DNA from: Hyphomicrobiales bacterium
GTDB lineage: Bacteria; Pseudomonadota; Alphaproteobacteria; Rhizobiales; Xanthobacteraceae
DNA: 64,000 nucleotides
Assembly (NCBI GenBank): GCA_038244925.1
Contig: JBBRSX010000010.1
Location: 4,337 to 68,336, forward strand
Direction of reading: 5' to 3'
Of this stretch, positions 1-10,180 are shown in pieces. Below the pieces are notes generated by a model. That model was not told where the DNA came from. It saw only the letters and a list, made by a program, of their open reading frames with translations, and ran no database searches. The translations under genes and the position numbers were made by a program. Numbering within the stretch: the first letter of the stretch is position 1; every line of letters starts with the position of its first letter.

Positions 1-498
1 CCGACGCTGCGCCGCCGCGTAACCTCAGTCAGTCGTCTTCAACACGTTCAAGAGCTACGCGTTCCCAATCGTTCCGGTTGCCGGCATCAAGCTATCGAGT
101 GTCTGAATTCTCGAGCGCCTTATTTCTCCTATCCGTCGCGCACGAACCGCGCACGCCACGCCCGAGAAATTTAGACACAGAACCGCCGTCCTCATATTGC
201 TATGAGTTATCAACCTAGCACCGCTTGGAAAGCGTCGCTAACGCGCACACCGCCGCCGATTTGCACGTCCGCCCCTGGGTCTCAAACCGCGCTGGTCAGG
301 AAAACCTTGGGCGTCGCGAACGAGTAAGGAATACACCAAGCACAATTTCTGACAATCCGTGATTCGACGTTGGCGCTCGACTCTTCGGCGGTGTTGCAAT
401 GCTGCAATCAAGTGCCGCCGCACCAAGGTTTTGAATCCGTGCACAGAATCGCGCAGCGTCAGCCATCGTGACAATTTTCGCTGCACTCGCAAAAAATT

Positions 499-513
499 TT
501 AAGAAACCGTTAC
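499..513. promoter_or_regulatory. Near-consensus CtrA box
   Basis: TTAA-GAAACCG-TTAC against the consensus TTAA-N7-TTAA. Confidence 0.4.
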
Positions 514-558
514 AATCGTGGTTACCCGGGCCGGTTTTCAAAACGCTTGAAGCCGCTA

Positions 559-567
559 TGTGGATAA
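559..567 (-). promoter_or_regulatory. Perfect DnaA box
   Basis: TGTGGATAA is the reverse complement of TTATCCACA. It lies in the long non-coding region downstream of rpsT, where dnaA usually follows in Rhizobiales. Confidence 0.7.
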
Positions 568-794
568 GTGACTAGCGAGACGAAGTTTTTTGCGATTGTT
601 TTTGAGGGTAACTCCCGCCATGCCCGTCAGACTCTGTTCAATGGAGTGCAGAGGCGCCGTTCGATCGTTGCAAGGCAGCGGATGATTTTTTGCATCTGCG
701 CACGGCAAAGCCGGTGCAACAAAGATGCACGTCGTAAAACTACGGGAGCGCGAAGAAATATGACACGTCGCCGGTGGCGGAGCAATCGAACCGC

Positions 795-825
795 AAAAAG
801 AAAAAGCCCGGCTTAGCCGGGCTTT
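795..825 (-). terminator. Rho-independent terminator of rpsT
   Basis: AAAGCCCGGC-TTA-GCCGGGCTTT hairpin with an A-run on + (U-tract on -), just downstream of the rpsT stop. Confidence 0.8.
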
Positions 826-881
826 GACGAATGTCTATTTCTGTCAGCTCACTGTGTGAGCTGATCACGCAAGTCCGGCGA

Positions 882-1148
882 TCACTTCGCCAGTTTGGCG
901 ATCGCGTGCGTCAGGCGCGACACCTTACGGCTCGCATTGTTCTTGTGAATGATGTTGCGCTGCGCGGCCTGCATCAGTTCCGGTTCCGCGTTCTTCATCG
1001 CCTTCAGCGCGGCATCGCGGTCGCCGCTCTTGATGGCTTCCTCGACGGTGCGCACCGCGCCACGCATCTGGGTGCGGCGCGACTTGTTGATGATGGTGCG
1101 GCGGGCAATCTTGCGGGTCGCCTTTTTGGCGGATGTGGTATTGGCCAT
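882..1148 (-). CDS. rpsT: 30S ribosomal protein S20
   Basis: [18 protein letters not shown]...[14 protein letters not shown], the S20 signature. Confidence 0.98.
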   Translation of the reverse strand: MANTTSAKKATRKIARRTIINKSRRTQMRGAVRTVEEAIKSGDRDAALKAMKNAEPELMQAAQRNIIHKNNASRKVSRLTHAIAKLAK

Positions 1149-1535
1149 GTTCTCAACTGTCCTTCGGCTGTCATCGCTCGGGTGGTCGGGCTCGAGCGCG
1201 CCGGCCGTTCAAATTGCGTGATCGACGTTGTGCTTATTCGGAGCGTATTTGGTCAGAGTGTTCTTGAGGATGCCATGCTCCGGAGCCAATGTGCTCCCCA
1301 CCTTTCGATGGATAGGTCTGGCGCTGCTCAAAGAACAGCGGCGGCGGGATTGCGCCCGCCGCCATTGGGGGTCTTATAGAGGGCGCGTCTGGTACCGTCA
1401 ACGACTTCCGCCCGCCCCGAAAGGGGCGGGAATCGAGCTGGAAATGGCACATAAGACGCTGATGAGGTTGAATTTCCCGGGCTCCCCCGGTATTGGCCTG
1501 GCGGTCGCTCGGGCGCGACAGATATAAGGTGATGC

Positions 1536-1853
1536 ATGATCCGCGGTTTCTTCCGGCTTATCGGCCTGCTGCTCCTGGCCGGCGGATTCATCCTCATGGT
1601 CTATGACGGGGCCCGTTTCGTCGCCGACCAGACCCTGCGTTTCACCCGGTTCGGCCAGTTCTGGAACGATATCAACCAGACCAGCCAGACCGCGTTCCAG
1701 ACCTGGGTTCAGGGCAATGTGCCCTGGCTATGGAACAGCATCGACAGGTTCTTGCTCGACCAGCCGGTTTTCGCCGTGCTGGGCGTGGTAGGCATCCTGC
1801 TCATGATCCTGTTCCGGCCCCGCAAGCCGTTGATCGGCTACTCGCGCGACTGA
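1536..1853 (+). CDS. Small membrane protein, hypothetical
   Basis: Two hydrophobic segments, host-like codon usage, AAGGTG upstream. Confidence 0.8.
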   Translation: MIRGFFRLIGLLLLAGGFILMVYDGARFVADQTLRFTRFGQFWNDINQTSQTAFQTWVQGNVPWLWNSIDRFLLDQPVFAVLGVVGILLMILFRPRKPLIGYSRD

Positions 1854-1979
1854 CAAAACGCTCCATGCCGTCACCCGGCGGTAACAGGGCTGCCGTATCC
1901 GGCGTAACGGCATATATATAGAGACGACCGGCCGAATGCTGTTTCCGGCGTCAGCCGATGTGCCGCCTGGAGCTGTTCC

Positions 1980-2636
1980 ATGTTTTTCATGCGCAAGACC
2001 ACGGCGTTACCGAGTGCCGCCGAAGCGTTGCCCGGCCGTGCCACACCGATCCCGACCGCGACCACCCACTTCGTCAACGGCCGTAAACTTCAGCCGCCCT
2101 ATCCCGCAGACCTTGAGCAGGCGGTGTTCGGGCTCGGCTGTTTCTGGGGCGCGGAACGCAAGTTCTGGCAACTCGGCGACGGCATCTATACGACCGCCGT
2201 CGGCTACGCCGGTGGTCACACCCCCAATCCCACCTATGAAGAGACGTGCTCGGGCCGCACCGGTCATACCGAGGTGGTCCTTGTCGTGTTCGACCCGAAC
2301 AAGATTTCGTACCAGCGGTTGCTGAAAACGTTCTGGGAAAATCACAACCCGACGCAGGGCATGCGCCAGGGCAACGATGTCGGCACCCAGTATCGCTCGG
2401 CGATCTACACATCAGGCGATGCGCAACGCCAGGCCGCCGATGCGTCGAAAGTGACGTATCAGAAGGCGCTGGCGGCCAAGGGCCTTGCTGCGATCACCAC
2501 CGAGATCACGCCTGCGGGCGAATTCTATTTCGCCGAGGACTATCATCAACAGTATCTCGCCAGGAATCCGGCGGGTTATTGCGGACTGGGCGGCACCGGC
2601 GTGTCGTGCCCGATCGGCGTCGCCGTGAGTGCCTGA
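1980..2636 (+). CDS. msrA: Peptide-methionine (S)-S-oxide reductase
   Basis: GCFWG motif, YHQQYL and GYCG. Confidence 0.97.
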   Translation: MFFMRKTTALPSAAEALPGRATPIPTATTHFVNGRKLQPPYPADLEQAVFGLGCFWGAERKFWQLGDGIYTTAVGYAGGHTPNPTYEETCSGRTGHTEVVLVVFDPNKISYQRLLKTFWENHNPTQGMRQGNDVGTQYRSAIYTSGDAQRQAADASKVTYQKALAAKGLAAITTEITPAGEFYFAEDYHQQYLARNPAGYCGLGGTGVSCPIGVAVSA

Positions 2637-2757
2637 TTGGTTCTTCGACCTCTCCCCGTGCCGCGCGGAGAGGTTGAGCCTGACGCTCCCGCGCGCGCTG
2701 TAAAAACGCTTTATTAACCATAACAGGTACAAGACTAGTGCTGTCTCGCTTCAAGGG

Positions 2758-3531
2758 ATGGCTCCAGTGCGGGTTGCGCGCGCGTTTCGATTACCGATCA
2801 CTGCGATCATGACGGCGCTCGCTTTGTCGGGGTGCATGCGCACGACCGGGCCGGTCGCGGTCGCGCCGCAAAGCGATCTCGATTCGATGGCCTATGGCCA
2901 GCCCTATGGTCCGCCGCCGCGGGCCGTCGCCGCGGATTCCGGCGGTGGCGCGATCAGCGCGTTGCGCTCGGCCTTTGCCTCTTCCCCGCGCTTGTCCTCC
3001 GCACCCGTCGTTGTTGCCGCACCGGTGGCCTATGTCGAGCCGATGCCGGTGGCAGCGCCGGCGCGTTACGACGCGGTCTATCATCTGGATGCCGGCGACA
3101 AGCTGCGCGTCGTGGTCTACGGCCAGGAAGGCCTCACCAATACCTATGCGATCGACGCCGGCGGTTCGATCACCATGCCGCTGATCGGCTCGGTGCCGGC
3201 GCGCGGCCGCACCACGGCGGGACTGGCGTCCGAAATCTCGGCCAAGCTGCGCGGCGGATATATTCGCGATCCCTCGGTCGCGGTGGAAATCGAATCCTAC
3301 CGGCCGTTCTTCATCCTCGGAGAGGTCGCAGCTCCCGGCCAATATCCCTACGTGCCCAACATGACGGTCGAGAGCGCGGTGGCGATCGCCGGCGGCTTCT
3401 CGCCGCGCGCCCGGCGCGACAGTGTCACGGTGACCCACACCGACACATCCGGCACCGGACGCTTCGTGGTCCCGCCGGGCACCTCGATCAGCCCCGGCGA
3501 TACCGTGCTGGTCGGCGAGCGCTGGTTTTAG
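2758..3531 (+). CDS. Polysaccharide biosynthesis/export (Wza-like) lipoprotein
   Basis: Lipobox LSGC; Y-L-AGDKLRVVVYG poly-export domain; GEV..PGQY SLBB domain. Confidence 0.88.
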   Translation: MAPVRVARAFRLPITAIMTALALSGCMRTTGPVAVAPQSDLDSMAYGQPYGPPPRAVAADSGGGAISALRSAFASSPRLSSAPVVVAAPVAYVEPMPVAAPARYDAVYHLDAGDKLRVVVYGQEGLTNTYAIDAGGSITMPLIGSVPARGRTTAGLASEISAKLRGGYIRDPSVAVEIESYRPFFILGEVAAPGQYPYVPNMTVESAVAIAGGFSPRARRDSVTVTHTDTSGTGRFVVPPGTSISPGDTVLVGERWF

Positions 3532-3552
3532 TCGCAATCATCTCTGCCATTT

Positions 3553-3650
3553 GTCATTCCGGGGCGATGCGCAGCATCGAGCCCGGAATCCATACTCCCG
3601 ATCGTGGTTATGGATTCCAGGCTCGCTACTACGTCGCGCCCCGGAATGAC
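3553..3650. repeat. GTCATTCCGG...CCGGAATGAC REP-like palindromic element
   Basis: Terminal inverted repeats plus internal GGAATCCATA/TATGGATTCC; lies between convergent genes. Confidence 0.75.
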
Positions 3651-3670
3651 GAGGTGGTGAGATGCGCGCC

Positions 3671-4345
3671 TTACGTCTTCAAATGCTTCGCAAAGAAATC
3701 CAGGCTGCGCGGCCAGGCGATGTCGGCGCTGGCCTTGTCGTAGCTGGCGCGTTCGTCGCAGTGAAAGCCGTGCTGCGCGCCGGGATAGACGAAGACCTCG
3801 ACATCGGGCCGCTTGGCCTTGATGGTCTCGACATCGGTCAAGGGAATGCCGGCATCCTTCTCGCCGAAATGCAGTTGCGTCGGCACCTTCGGCTTGTCGT
3901 CGGCGAAGCGCACGACGGCGCCGCCGTAATAGCCAACGGCGGCCGACAGGCCTGACAGCTTGGTGGCCGCCGCGTAGGCGATGCTGCCGCCGAGGCAGAA
4001 GCCGATAATGCCGACCGGCCCGACGCTTTTCACAGCGTCGATCGCGGCCTGGGTGTCGAGCAGCATCGCGGCCCAGTCCGGATTGGCGACGAATTTTCGC
4101 GCGTTCGCGATCTCGTCGGGTGTGTAGCCGCACTGGAAGTTCGGTTCGATGCGGTCGAAGATCGACGGCGCGATCGCGACATAGCCGGCGGCGGCGAGGC
4201 GATCGCAGACCGAGCGGATGTGGTGATTGACGCCGAAAATTTCCTGGATCACCACGATGGCGCCTTTCGGCGCGCCCGCGGGGTCGGCGCGATAGGCGCC
4301 CTGTTTAAATCCGTCCGAAGCGCTCAGTTTGATATCTTGTCCCAC
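3671..4345 (-). CDS. Dienelactone hydrolase family protein
   Basis: QEIFGVN, GFCLGG nucleophile, HGF motif. Confidence 0.93.
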   Translation of the reverse strand: MGQDIKLSASDGFKQGAYRADPAGAPKGAIVVIQEIFGVNHHIRSVCDRLAAAGYVAIAPSIFDRIEPNFQCGYTPDEIANARKFVANPDWAAMLLDTQAAIDAVKSVGPVGIIGFCLGGSIAYAAATKLSGLSAAVGYYGGAVVRFADDKPKVPTQLHFGEKDAGIPLTDVETIKAKRPDVEVFVYPGAQHGFHCDERASYDKASADIAWPRSLDFFAKHLKT

Positions 4346-4401
4346 GGGTCATCCATTACGTTTGAGTTGCACGAAGTCGGTTGAGGAATTTGAAGGCGCG
4401 G

Positions 4402-4746
4402 CTACTGCCACATCCAGTTATGGCCCCAGTCGCCCTTCCAGCCGGCCAGCCGGCCTTTGCGGAACTGGAGATAGAGCCGGTCCTTCTTGTAGAACAATCC
4501 GCTGCCGCCGATATTGCGAAACGTCAGGTAAATTTCCTCGCCCGGCCGGCCGCTGACGTAATTGAGGCCGGTGCCGAGCGCGCGGGCGGCGCTTTCCTCG
4601 TCCATGCCGAAGACCAGCGGTGTGGTGTTCGACAGGGTCGCGGTGAACGGCGGCGGGTAGGGGCCGCCGGTCGGTGGCAAATGCTGCGCAAGAGCGGGCA
4701 GGCAACCGGCTGCGAGCAGCGACAACGCGGCGACAAACCTTCTCAT
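4402..4746 (-). CDS. Secreted hypothetical protein
   Basis: N-terminal signal peptide; start overlaps the upstream hydrolase stop (ATGA). Confidence 0.75.
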   Translation of the reverse strand: MRRFVAALSLLAAGCLPALAQHLPPTGGPYPPPFTATLSNTTPLVFGMDEESAARALGTGLNYVSGRPGEEIYLTFRNIGGSGLFYKKDRLYLQFRKGRLAGWKGDWGHNWMWQ

Positions 4747-5543
4747 GACGCGGCCTTCTGCGCCGTCTTTTCTTGGGCTTTGGCGTCAAGCTCGTCGAGG
4801 AACGGCAACACGGCGTCGATGAAGGCCTGCGGCTGGTCGATGTTGACGGCGTGGCCGGCGGCCGGGACCACCACTTTCCGCGCGCCGGGAATCTTTGCCG
4901 CCATGTAGTCGGAGGCGGCCAGGAACGGGGTGTCGTCGGCGCCGACCACGACCAGCGACGGCACCTTGATGTCGGGCAGCGACTCGATCACGCGGGCGTC
5001 GCGCTGGGTCAGCATCCCGCGGGCGGCATGCGCCAGCCCCAACGCATCGCGATGGGTGACGCTGGAGCGTTCGCGGCTGCCGGACTTCAAAACCGCGAGG
5101 CCTTCGCGGTCGAAACGGTCGCCGGTGTCACGGGCGCGCTTGTTCCAGACCTCGCGGGCATCGTCCTTCTTGAAACCGGGGCCGGTGTCGATGATCAAAA
5201 GCGCGCGCACACGGTCGGGATGGGCGCGGTAGAACGCCAGCGACATGTAGCCGCCGAGCGAGAGGCCGCCGACGATCGCGTTTTTGGCGCCGACCTCGTC
5301 GAGCAGTGCGGCCATGTCGGCAACGGTCAGCGCTTCGCTGTAGGCCGAGGGATCGCTGGGGTAATCGGACTGGCCGTGGCCGCGCATGTCCCACAACACG
5401 AGCTTATGATGGTTCGACAGCGCCGCGATCTGGCCCTGCCACATATCAGATGTCGAGGAGTAGCCGTGGGTCAGCAACAGCGGCGGGCCGGAGCCGTGCA
5501 CCTCGTAGTAAATGTCGACCCCGTCACGATTGAGCTTCGGCAT
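4743..5543 (-). CDS. Alpha/beta fold hydrolase
   Basis: HGY oxyanion region, DMRGHGQS, GLSLGG, catalytic His in AGHAVN. Confidence 0.93.
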   Translation of the reverse strand: MPKLNRDGVDIYYEVHGSGPPLLLTHGYSSTSDMWQGQIAALSNHHKLVLWDMRGHGQSDYPSDPSAYSEALTVADMAALLDEVGAKNAIVGGLSLGGYMSLAFYRAHPDRVRALLIIDTGPGFKKDDAREVWNKRARDTGDRFDREGLAVLKSGSRERSSVTHRDALGLAHAARGMLTQRDARVIESLPDIKVPSLVVVGADDTPFLAASDYMAAKIPGARKVVVPAAGHAVNIDQPQAFIDAVLPFLDELDAKAQEKTAQKAAS

Positions 5544-5853
5544 GGCGCGTTCCCAACTATTTGTTCCGGATAGTTCTGGCCCGTCTGCATCCTAGCGCGA
5601 TCCCTTCGTCGTTGGGAAATGCAGAAACGAAAGAGGGGTGTGCGGCGGCAACTCAATTGAGACTGTTCCGCGACCATGCGTTGCCGCAGCGCACAACCTG
5701 GAATTTCTCTTCGACCGTTTCCAAATTGCATTGCCTCCAGGTTGGATCGGTATCATTCTGCACGCAACTGGCATCGACCCGGTGGGTGCCGGCCAATACC
5801 CAAAAAGTGAGTTGCCGCCGTAAGCGGCATCCAACACCGGAAGGGGAGCGCAA

Positions 5854-6345
5854 ATGCCTAATCTGAATATCAACGGACGGAGCATGTCCGTCGAAGCGGC
5901 CAGCGATACGCCGCTGCTCTGGGTCATCCGCGAACAACTGCAGATGACCGGCACGAAATTCGGTTGCGGCGCCGGTCTTTGCGGCGCTTGCACGGTTCAT
6001 GTCAACGGCGAAGCCGTTCGTTCCTGCCAGACCGCGGTCAGCGACGCCGTCGGCAAGAAGATCACCACCATCGAAGGCCTCAGCGCCAAGGGCGATCATC
6101 CGCTGCAGAAGGCCTGGATTGCCGAGCAGGTTCCGCAATGCGGCTACTGCCAGTCCGGCCAGATCATGCAGGCGGCTTCGCTGCTGTCGAAGAATTCCAA
6201 TCCGACCAAGGATGAAGTGGTCGCGCATATGGACGGCAATCTGTGCCGCTGCATGACCTATTCGCGGATCCAGAAGGCGATCATGCGCGCCGCGACCGAA
6301 ATGCGTACCGCCTCCAACGCCGGCAACGAGCGGAGGGCCACATGA
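5854..6345 (+). CDS. (2Fe-2S)-binding subunit of isoquinoline 1-oxidoreductase-type molybdoenzyme
   Basis: [23 protein letters not shown]. Confidence 0.93.
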   Translation: MPNLNINGRSMSVEAASDTPLLWVIREQLQMTGTKFGCGAGLCGACTVHVNGEAVRSCQTAVSDAVGKKITTIEGLSAKGDHPLQKAWIAEQVPQCGYCQSGQIMQAASLLSKNSNPTKDEVVAHMDGNLCRCMTYSRIQKAIMRAATEMRTASNAGNERRAT

Positions 6346-8633
6346 ATACGCACGTGAAAATCACCTCAAGCGAACCCGCCGATCTCAGCCGCCGCTCGTT
6401 CCTGGTCGGCTCCGCCGCCGCCGGCCTCGCGCTCGGCTATTCCGCGGTTCCCGGTCTGTTGGGCGCCGATCAGGCACTCGCCGCCGCCGCCAATTTCGAT
6501 CCCAGCGTCTGGTATTCGGTCGGGCCCGACGGCATCGTTACCGTCACCTGCGGCAAGGCCGATATGGGCCAGCACATCGCCTCCACCATGGCGCAGATCG
6601 TGTCCGAAGAACTCGGCTCGAGCTGGAAGGACATGCGGGTTCAGCTCGCCTCCAACGATCCGAAGTTCAACGACCCGGTGTTGGGCGCGCAGATCACCGG
6701 CGGCAGCTGGAGCACGATGATGAATTTTGACGCGATGAGCCGTGCGGGTGCCGCGGGCCGCATCGCCTTGACCGAAGCTGCAGCCAGCGCGATGGGCGTA
6801 CCATCAGGTGAACTCGTGGTGCGCGACTCCGTGATCTCGCATCCGAAGTCGAAGAAGCAGATGAGCTTTGCCGACATCGTCAAGAGCGGCAAGATCACCA
6901 AGACGTTTACGCCGGACGAACTCAAGGCGATCAAGCTGAAGAGCCCCGACCAGTACACCATGATCGGCGTCTCGGTGCCGCAGCTCGACATCCCCTCCAA
7001 GACCAACGGCACGGCCAAATACGGCATCGACGTGATGCTGCCGGGCATGGTCTACGGCAAGGTCGTCACGCCGCCGGTGCGCTACGGCGCCACCGTCAAG
7101 GCGGTCGATGACAGCGACGCCAGGAAGGTGCCGGGGTTCATCAAGGCCGTTACCCTTGACGACAAGACCGGAAGCACCACCGGCTGGGTGGTGGCGGTGG
7201 CCAACACCTATGCCAACGCCCGCAAGGCCGCGGACGCGCTGAAGATCAGCTATGACGGCGGTCCGAACGCCAAACTGTCGAGCGAGTCGCTGCTGACCGA
7301 AGCCAAGCGGCTTCAGGCCATGGACGATTCCGGCCAGTTCTTCGTCAAGGACGGCGATACGGCGGCGGCCTTCGGGACGGCGGCGAAAGTGCTGGAGGCG
7401 GAGTACACCACCAGCATCAACATCCATGCGCCGCTCGAGCCGATGAACGCCACCGCGCAGTTGCAAGGCGACATCTGGCACATCTATTCCGGCAACCAGT
7501 TCGCCACGCGCTCCGGCGCGATCGCGGCGGGTGCTGCCGGGGTCGATCCCAAATTCGTCGTGATGCATCAGATGTGGCTGGGCGGCGGCTTCGGCCGGCG
7601 CCTCGATGCCGACATGATGGTGCCGGCGGTGCAGGCGGCGAAGGCCGTCGGCAAGCCGGTCAAGATCATCTATTCCCGCGAAAACGACATGACCATGGAC
7701 TATTCGCGGCCGCTGACATTCCAGAAGGTCAAGGCCGGTCTGGATGCCGACGGCAAACTGATCGCGCTCAACCACGACGTGGTCAGTGCGTGGCCGACCG
7801 CGCGCTGGGGGATTCCCGATTTCCTCTCGCCTTCGGTTGACAAGAAAGGTCCGCTCGATGCGTTCACCGTGAATGGTGCGGACTTCTTCTATTCCGTGCC
7901 CAATCACAATGTTCGCGCTATCAAGAACGAGATGGCGCACAACGCCACCCCGTCCGGCCAGTTGCGGTCGGTGGCGCCGGGCTGGACGTTCTGGGCGATC
8001 GAAAGCATGATCGACGAACTCGCCAATGCCGCCGGCCAGGATCCGGCGCAGTACCGCATCGCGCTGCTGGACGGCAAAGGCAAGAACGACGGTGGCGCGC
8101 AACGGCTGCGCAACACCTTGCTGGCGGCGATGGGCATGGCCGGTTACGGCACCAAGCAATTGCCGAAAGGCGAAGGCATGGGGGTTGCCTGCGTCTCGTC
8201 GCAGGAACGCGCGACCGCAAGCTGGACCGCGTGCGTGGCCCATGTGGCGGTGTCGTCTTCCGGCGAGGTCAAGGTCAAGAAGTTGACCGTGGCCACCGAC
8301 GTCGGCACCCAGGTGCATCCCGACAATATCCGCGCCCAGGTCGAGGGTGCGGCGCTGTGGGGGCTGTCGCTGGCGATGTACGAGAAGGCGACGCTGAAGG
8401 ACGGCGGTATCGAGCAGACCAACTTCGATACCTACACGCCGTTGCGGATGAGCCAGATGCCGGAAGTGGCGGTCAACGTCATCGCCAACGGTGAAAAGGC
8501 CACCGGCGTCGGCGAACCCGCCGTCACGGTGATCGCGCCCGCGCTCGGCAACGCGATCTTCAACGCCTGCGGCGCCCGCGTCCGTTCGCTGCCGATCACG
8601 GCGGCGGCGGTGAAGGCGAACATGAAGGCGTAA
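6342..8633 (+). CDS. Molybdopterin-binding subunit (IorB/xanthine dehydrogenase family) with Tat signal
   Basis: SRRSFL Tat motif, GGGFGRR, GVGEP; overlaps the 2Fe-2S gene stop. Confidence 0.92.
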   Translation: MNTHVKITSSEPADLSRRSFLVGSAAAGLALGYSAVPGLLGADQALAAAANFDPSVWYSVGPDGIVTVTCGKADMGQHIASTMAQIVSEELGSSWKDMRVQLASNDPKFNDPVLGAQITGGSWSTMMNFDAMSRAGAAGRIALTEAAASAMGVPSGELVVRDSVISHPKSKKQMSFADIVKSGKITKTFTPDELKAIKLKSPDQYTMIGVSVPQLDIPSKTNGTAKYGIDVMLPGMVYGKVVTPPVRYGATVKAVDDSDARKVPGFIKAVTLDDKTGSTTGWVVAVANTYANARKAADALKISYDGGPNAKLSSESLLTEAKRLQAMDDSGQFFVKDGDTAAAFGTAAKVLEAEYTTSINIHAPLEPMNATAQLQGDIWHIYSGNQFATRSGAIAAGAAGVDPKFVVMHQMWLGGGFGRRLDADMMVPAVQAAKAVGKPVKIIYSRENDMTMDYSRPLTFQKVKAGLDADGKLIALNHDVVSAWPTARWGIPDFLSPSVDKKGPLDAFTVNGADFFYSVPNHNVRAIKNEMAHNATPSGQLRSVAPGWTFWAIESMIDELANAAGQDPAQYRIALLDGKGKNDGGAQRLRNTLLAAMGMAGYGTKQLPKGEGMGVACVSSQERATASWTACVAHVAVSSSGEVKVKKLTVATDVGTQVHPDNIRAQVEGAALWGLSLAMYEKATLKDGGIEQTNFDTYTPLRMSQMPEVAVNVIANGEKATGVGEPAVTVIAPALGNAIFNACGARVRSLPITAAAVKANMKA

Positions 8634-8656
8634 GCGCGCAGCACCGATCAAGGACG

Positions 8657-8691
8657 ATCCGCCGGAGGCTCAGCTTCCGGCGGATTTTTTT
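8657..8691 (+). terminator. Rho-independent terminator
   Basis: ATCCGCCGGA...TCCGGCGGAT followed by a T-run. Confidence 0.85.
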
Positions 8692-8699
8692 GTCCACCC

Positions 8700-8801
8700 C
8701 GTCATGCCCCGCGAAGGCAGGGCATCCAGTACGCCGGGGGCGGTGCAGTTCTCACAGGCATCCCGGCATACTGGATCATCCGCCTTCGCGGATGATGACG
8801 G
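8700..8801. repeat. CGTCAT...ATGACG REP-like palindromic element
   Basis: Terminal and internal inverted repeats (CCGCGAAGGC/GCCTTCGCGG; ATCCAGTA/TACTGGAT). Confidence 0.7.
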
Positions 8802-8949
8802 CCGTCGAGCCGTCGTCCACGCAAAGCCGATCCCTAAAATTGTAGCGATTGCGCTAGCCTTCCGTTCACGACGCCTCTTAAGCCACCGGGAACGCCTTGT
8901 CCGATAACGTCCGGCGTCGGTCATCACCACCGCAAGGCTCCGGGGTCCC

Positions 8950-10047
8950 ATGTCAGCTCTACCCAACAAGATTCCGACCAGGCGCCGGCTGCTGCTGGCG
9001 TCGGATCGGAGCGATCGAAGCAGCGAACTGGCGAGCATTCTTCAAGCCGTCGGTCAGGTCGACACCATTACGACCTCGGCCATTCCCGATGCCCCCTCGC
9101 GCGATCTTTCGGGCATCGTGGTCGACATCAACCTGCGCTCCGCCGAGAGTGTACAGCTGGTGCGCAACAAGCTGCGAGCCGACGCCTATCGCGAGATGCC
9201 GCGGTTGTTCGTGCTCGCAGACGCGCTGCACCATGGATCGATGCAGGCCTGGGCGCTCGGCGCCACCGATACCATCGCGCGCCCGTTCGACGCGCAGGGC
9301 ATCCTGCAGCGGATTCGTGCCGCATTTCCCGACACCGATAGCTACGACGAAACCGATCGCGGCAAGGCACTGAACCGCGGCGTCGAAGCGGCGCACGCCG
9401 TGCTGGTCAAGATCTTCAACGGGCTGCCGGCCGGCGAACCACTGAAATTCAGCGACATCGTCGAGGCCGAGAACAAGATCATCAGGGCGATCAGGCATTC
9501 GTCGTTGCGGGAATGGCTGACGACCGTCGGTTGCCATCACACCGACAGCTACCGCCATTGCCTGTTTGTCACCGGCTTTGCAGTGGCGTTCGCGCAACAT
9601 CTCGGCATGCGCGACGACGACCAGCGCAGGCTCGCCCGCGCCGCCTTGCTGCACGACGTCGGCAAGGCGTTCATTCCGGTGTCGATCCTCGACAAGCCGG
9701 ACTCGCTGACGCTGGAGGAAATGGACGAGATGCGCCAGCATCCGCGCCGCGGCTTTGACGCGCTGACGGCGCAGGGCGGCTTCCCGCCGGAAATGCTCGA
9801 CGTGGTGCTGCACCACCACGAATTCCTCGACGGCACCGGCTATCCCGACGGCCTCAGCGGCAAAGAGATCAGCGACATCGTGCGCCTGACCACGATCGTG
9901 GATATCTATGCGGCACTGGTCGAAAAGCGCGCCTATCGGCTGCAGTTCACCCATGCCCGCGCGTTCGCCGTGATGGAAGAGATGGGCGACAAGGTCGACC
10001 AGCATCTGCTGCATGCGTTTCGCCCGGTCGCGTTCGGGCATTACTGA
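8950..10047 (+). CDS. HD-GYP c-di-GMP phosphodiesterase with a degenerate receiver-like N-terminus
   Basis: LLHDVGK, HHE.LDGTGYP. Confidence 0.9.
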   Translation: MSALPNKIPTRRRLLLASDRSDRSSELASILQAVGQVDTITTSAIPDAPSRDLSGIVVDINLRSAESVQLVRNKLRADAYREMPRLFVLADALHHGSMQAWALGATDTIARPFDAQGILQRIRAAFPDTDSYDETDRGKALNRGVEAAHAVLVKIFNGLPAGEPLKFSDIVEAENKIIRAIRHSSLREWLTTVGCHHTDSYRHCLFVTGFAVAFAQHLGMRDDDQRRLARAALLHDVGKAFIPVSILDKPDSLTLEEMDEMRQHPRRGFDALTAQGGFPPEMLDVVLHHHEFLDGTGYPDGLSGKEISDIVRLTTIVDIYAALVEKRAYRLQFTHARAFAVMEEMGDKVDQHLLHAFRPVAFGHY

Positions 10048-10180
10048 GGCGCGGGCGCCCCTTCGCGCGCCGCTCCCATCAGCCGCTCAACGCAAGTATT
10101 CGGACTTTTCAGCCGGCTAGCTATCTGGGATCATCGGCGCGCCATGCGCCGTGACGCATGATGGCAGACGGGGAAGACCC

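Noticed and set aside
1-800. Chromosomal replication origin
   Set aside because: Only one perfect DnaA box and no clear unwinding element. In studied Alphaproteobacteria oriC is often near hemE rather than dnaA, so a promoter role is more likely.
238-816. ORFs of 81-84 aa (238-492, 296-541, 568-816)
   Set aside because: No recognisable motifs, atypical composition, and overlap with regulatory sites and the terminator.
6804-8651. 615-aa minus-strand ORF and similar long antisense ORFs (8959-10041, 19161-20291, 22908-24146, 24463-26220)
   Set aside because: Shadow frames of well-supported genes, expected in high-GC DNA.
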